A stretch of 64,000 nucleotides of DNA. Source: Thermodesulfovibrionia bacterium (GTDB lineage: Bacteria; Nitrospirota; Thermodesulfovibrionia; JACRGW01). The stretch covers positions 251 through 64,250 of the forward strand of contig CAKKRL010000162.1 of NCBI GenBank assembly GCA_919902655.1. Direction: 5' to 3'. The position numbers and the translations under genes are program-made. Under the pieces are notes generated by a model that worked only from the letters and a program-made list of their open reading frames with translations, had not been told where the DNA came from and did not search any database. Positions 62,297 to 64,000 of this stretch are shown here, one piece after another; the stretch's first letter is position 1, and the number at the start of each line of letters is the position of its first letter.

Positions 62297-63005
62297 AATA
62301 TCCAGCGCTGAAGTGACTAACATCGAAGAAAAGATTAATTATACCTTCCGAAATAAAGATGTCCTCCGTGAGTCCCTGACTCATAAGTCCTATTCAAACG
62401 AGAACAGACTCCTCTATAATAACGAGCGTCTGGAATTTCTCGGCGATGCAGTCCTGAACCTGATCATCAGCGACTACCTGCTCAGGAGACTTCCTGATTC
62501 TCCCGAGGGAGACCTTAGCAAGCTCAGGGCAATGGTAGTCAATGAAAATACACTATCAAAGGTTGCAGAAAGGATAGAGCTCGGAAATGAACTCTTTCTG
62601 GGAAAAGGAGAGGACATGACAGGCGGAAGAGAGAAACCTTCTCTCCTCTCAGACGCCCTCGAGGCATTAATCGCTGCCATTTATCTCGATGGTGGTATTG
62701 ATGAGGTATCTTCTTTTGTAAATAGATTCTTTGACGAAGAAATAAGGATCGCCGTCTCGAAAGGAATCTCTTACGATTTCAAGACAGACCTCCAGGAATG
62801 CTGTCAGGGCAGGTTCGGCATATTGCCAAGATACCATGTCTCGAGGGAATCAGGCCCTGACCACAAAAAGGTCTTTGAGGTGAGTCTATTCATAAAGGAT
62901 GAGCACTATGGAACAGGAATAGGTAAAACAAAGAAAGAGGCTGAGCAGAGAGCAGCACGGGAGGCCCTCGAAAAGCTCAAATTCGAAATTTTAAATTCTA
63001 AATAA
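62289..63005 (+). CDS. rnc: Ribonuclease III (the track ORF starts at 62265; ATGAATAA overlaps the fabF stop)
   Basis: ERLEFLGDAVL catalytic signature and a C-terminal dsRBD. Confidence 0.85.
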   Translation: MNKISSAEVTNIEEKINYTFRNKDVLRESLTHKSYSNENRLLYNNERLEFLGDAVLNLIISDYLLRRLPDSPEGDLSKLRAMVVNENTLSKVAERIELGNELFLGKGEDMTGGREKPSLLSDALEALIAAIYLDGGIDEVSSFVNRFFDEEIRIAVSKGISYDFKTDLQECCQGRFGILPRYHVSRESGPDHKKVFEVSLFIKDEHYGTGIGKTKKEAEQRAAREALEKLKFEILNSK

Positions 63006-63007
63006 AC

Positions 63008-64000
63008 ATGAAAAGCATAACTTATAAAGAGGCAGGAGTCGATATTTCATGGGGAAATGAATTTGTTAGAAAGATAAAACCCCTGATAAAGAAAACTTTT
63101 AGGCCTGGAGTGATTGGAGGCATCGGTGGGTTTAGCGGTCTTTTCAGAATAGAACCTAAAAATTATAAAGATCCGGTCCTTGTATCAAGCACTGATGGTG
63201 TCGGTACAAAACTGAAGATCGCCTTTATGATGAATAGACATGATACTGTAGGCATTGACCTTGTTGCCATGGGTGTGAACGATATCCTTGTCCATGGTGC
63301 AGAGCCACTCTTCTTCCTTGATTACATGGCGACTGGAAAACTCAGGACAGATCAGGCCATAGATATCGTAAAGGGTATTATAAAGGGATGCAGAGAGGCT
63401 GAATGCGCCCTCTTGGGAGGCGAGACCGCTGAAATGCCTTCCCTGTATAAAGAAGGCGAATATGACCTTGCAGGATTTGTAGTAGGGATCGTTGAAAAGA
63501 AAAGAATCCTTGATGGATCGAAGATAAAGCCCGGAGATGTTTTAATTGGCCTTGCATCAAGCGGACTCCATAGCAATGGCTTTTCTCTTGCAAGAAAATT
63601 ATTCTTTGAGAAGATGAGGTATAAGGTTAACGGCCTGATAAAGGGTTTGAAGAGACCATTAGGAAAGGAACTCCTTTGCCCCACAAGTATCTATGTAAAG
63701 CCGGTTCTCAAACTTTTGAAAGAATACAATATCAAAGGTATGTCCCATATAACAGGTGGAGGAATAACAGAGAACCTTCCGAGGATACTGCCAGATGGTG
63801 CATCAGCAGTAATAAAAAAAGGGTCATGGAAGATCTATCCTATATTTAAAATAATTCAAGAAATGGGAAATGTCTCTGAAAAAGAGATGTACAGGACATT
63901 CAATATGGGAATAGGGTTTATACTTGTAGTATCGAAAAAAGATGCAGATTCTATCCTTCGAAGACTCAAAAGACTCGGCGAAAAAGCTTATGTTATAGGA
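63008..64000 (+). CDS. purM: Phosphoribosylformylglycinamidine cyclo-ligase (AIR synthetase), 3'-truncated by the window edge
   Basis: MKSITYKEAGVDI…GGFSGLF…DGVGTKL… PurM N-domain motifs. Runs off the end of the window. Confidence 0.85.
   Translation, partial: MKSITYKEAGVDISWGNEFVRKIKPLIKKTFRPGVIGGIGGFSGLFRIEPKNYKDPVLVSSTDGVGTKLKIAFMMNRHDTVGIDLVAMGVNDILVHGAEPLFFLDYMATGKLRTDQAIDIVKGIIKGCREAECALLGGETAEMPSLYKEGEYDLAGFVVGIVEKKRILDGSKIKPGDVLIGLASSGLHSNGFSLARKLFFEKMRYKVNGLIKGLKRPLGKELLCPTSIYVKPVLKLLKEYNIKGMSHITGGGITENLPRILPDGASAVIKKGSWKIYPIFKIIQEMGNVSEKEMYRTFNMGIGFILVVSKKDADSILRRLKRLGEKAYVIG

Overview
This is a bacterial chromosomal window with moderate GC content and dense coding. Its left half (about 2.9-31.3 kb) is almost entirely on the minus strand: one long operon-like string of overlapping genes for a surface polysaccharide (LPS/O-antigen or EPS). 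It encodes a WecA/MraY-family initiating transferase, two DegT-type aminotransferases, a PIG-L deacetylase, WbqC, GT4, GT2 and two GT9 heptosyltransferase-like enzymes, five class I SAM methyltransferases, a radical SAM/SPASM protein, Wzx, a Wzy/ligase-like protein, a Wzc BY-kinase co-polymerase and a Wza exporter. A vapBC toxin-antitoxin pair sits inside it, and a large repeat-rich surface protein lies at its upstream end. The middle of the window (31.4-36.8 kb, plus strand) is the most unusual part. It holds an ABC-2 exporter, a PqqD-family RRE, a radical SAM/SPASM maturase, a decayed AbrB/PIN toxin-antitoxin remnant, a 55-aa Cys/Gly/Ser-rich peptide with its own consensus promoter and strong SD, an HPr-kinase-like P-loop kinase, and an S24/S26 peptidase-like protein. 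This looks like an undescribed RiPP-type system that combines rSAM crosslinking with kinase tailoring. Further right lie an HD-GYP protein, then minus-strand folC-lptD-rfbA-rfbC-rfbB-rfbD-ugd-uxs, then amiC-like, ecfT and truA. The window ends with a yceD-rpmF-plsX-fabH-[acyl-CoA dehydrogenase-etfB-etfA(Fd)]-fabD-fabG-acpP-fabF-rnc-purM block. Throughout the window there are several families of short palindromic or tandem heptamer/octamer repeat elements. Some copies are in intergenic hairpins; others are inserted in-frame in protein-coding genes (rfbD, folC, etfA, the HprK-like gene, the S26-like gene, the PHP protein). Separately, a G15-AA-C15 homopolymer hairpin acts as a bidirectional terminator near the left edge. 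All product calls rest on motifs I could read in the supplied translations; no database search was possible.
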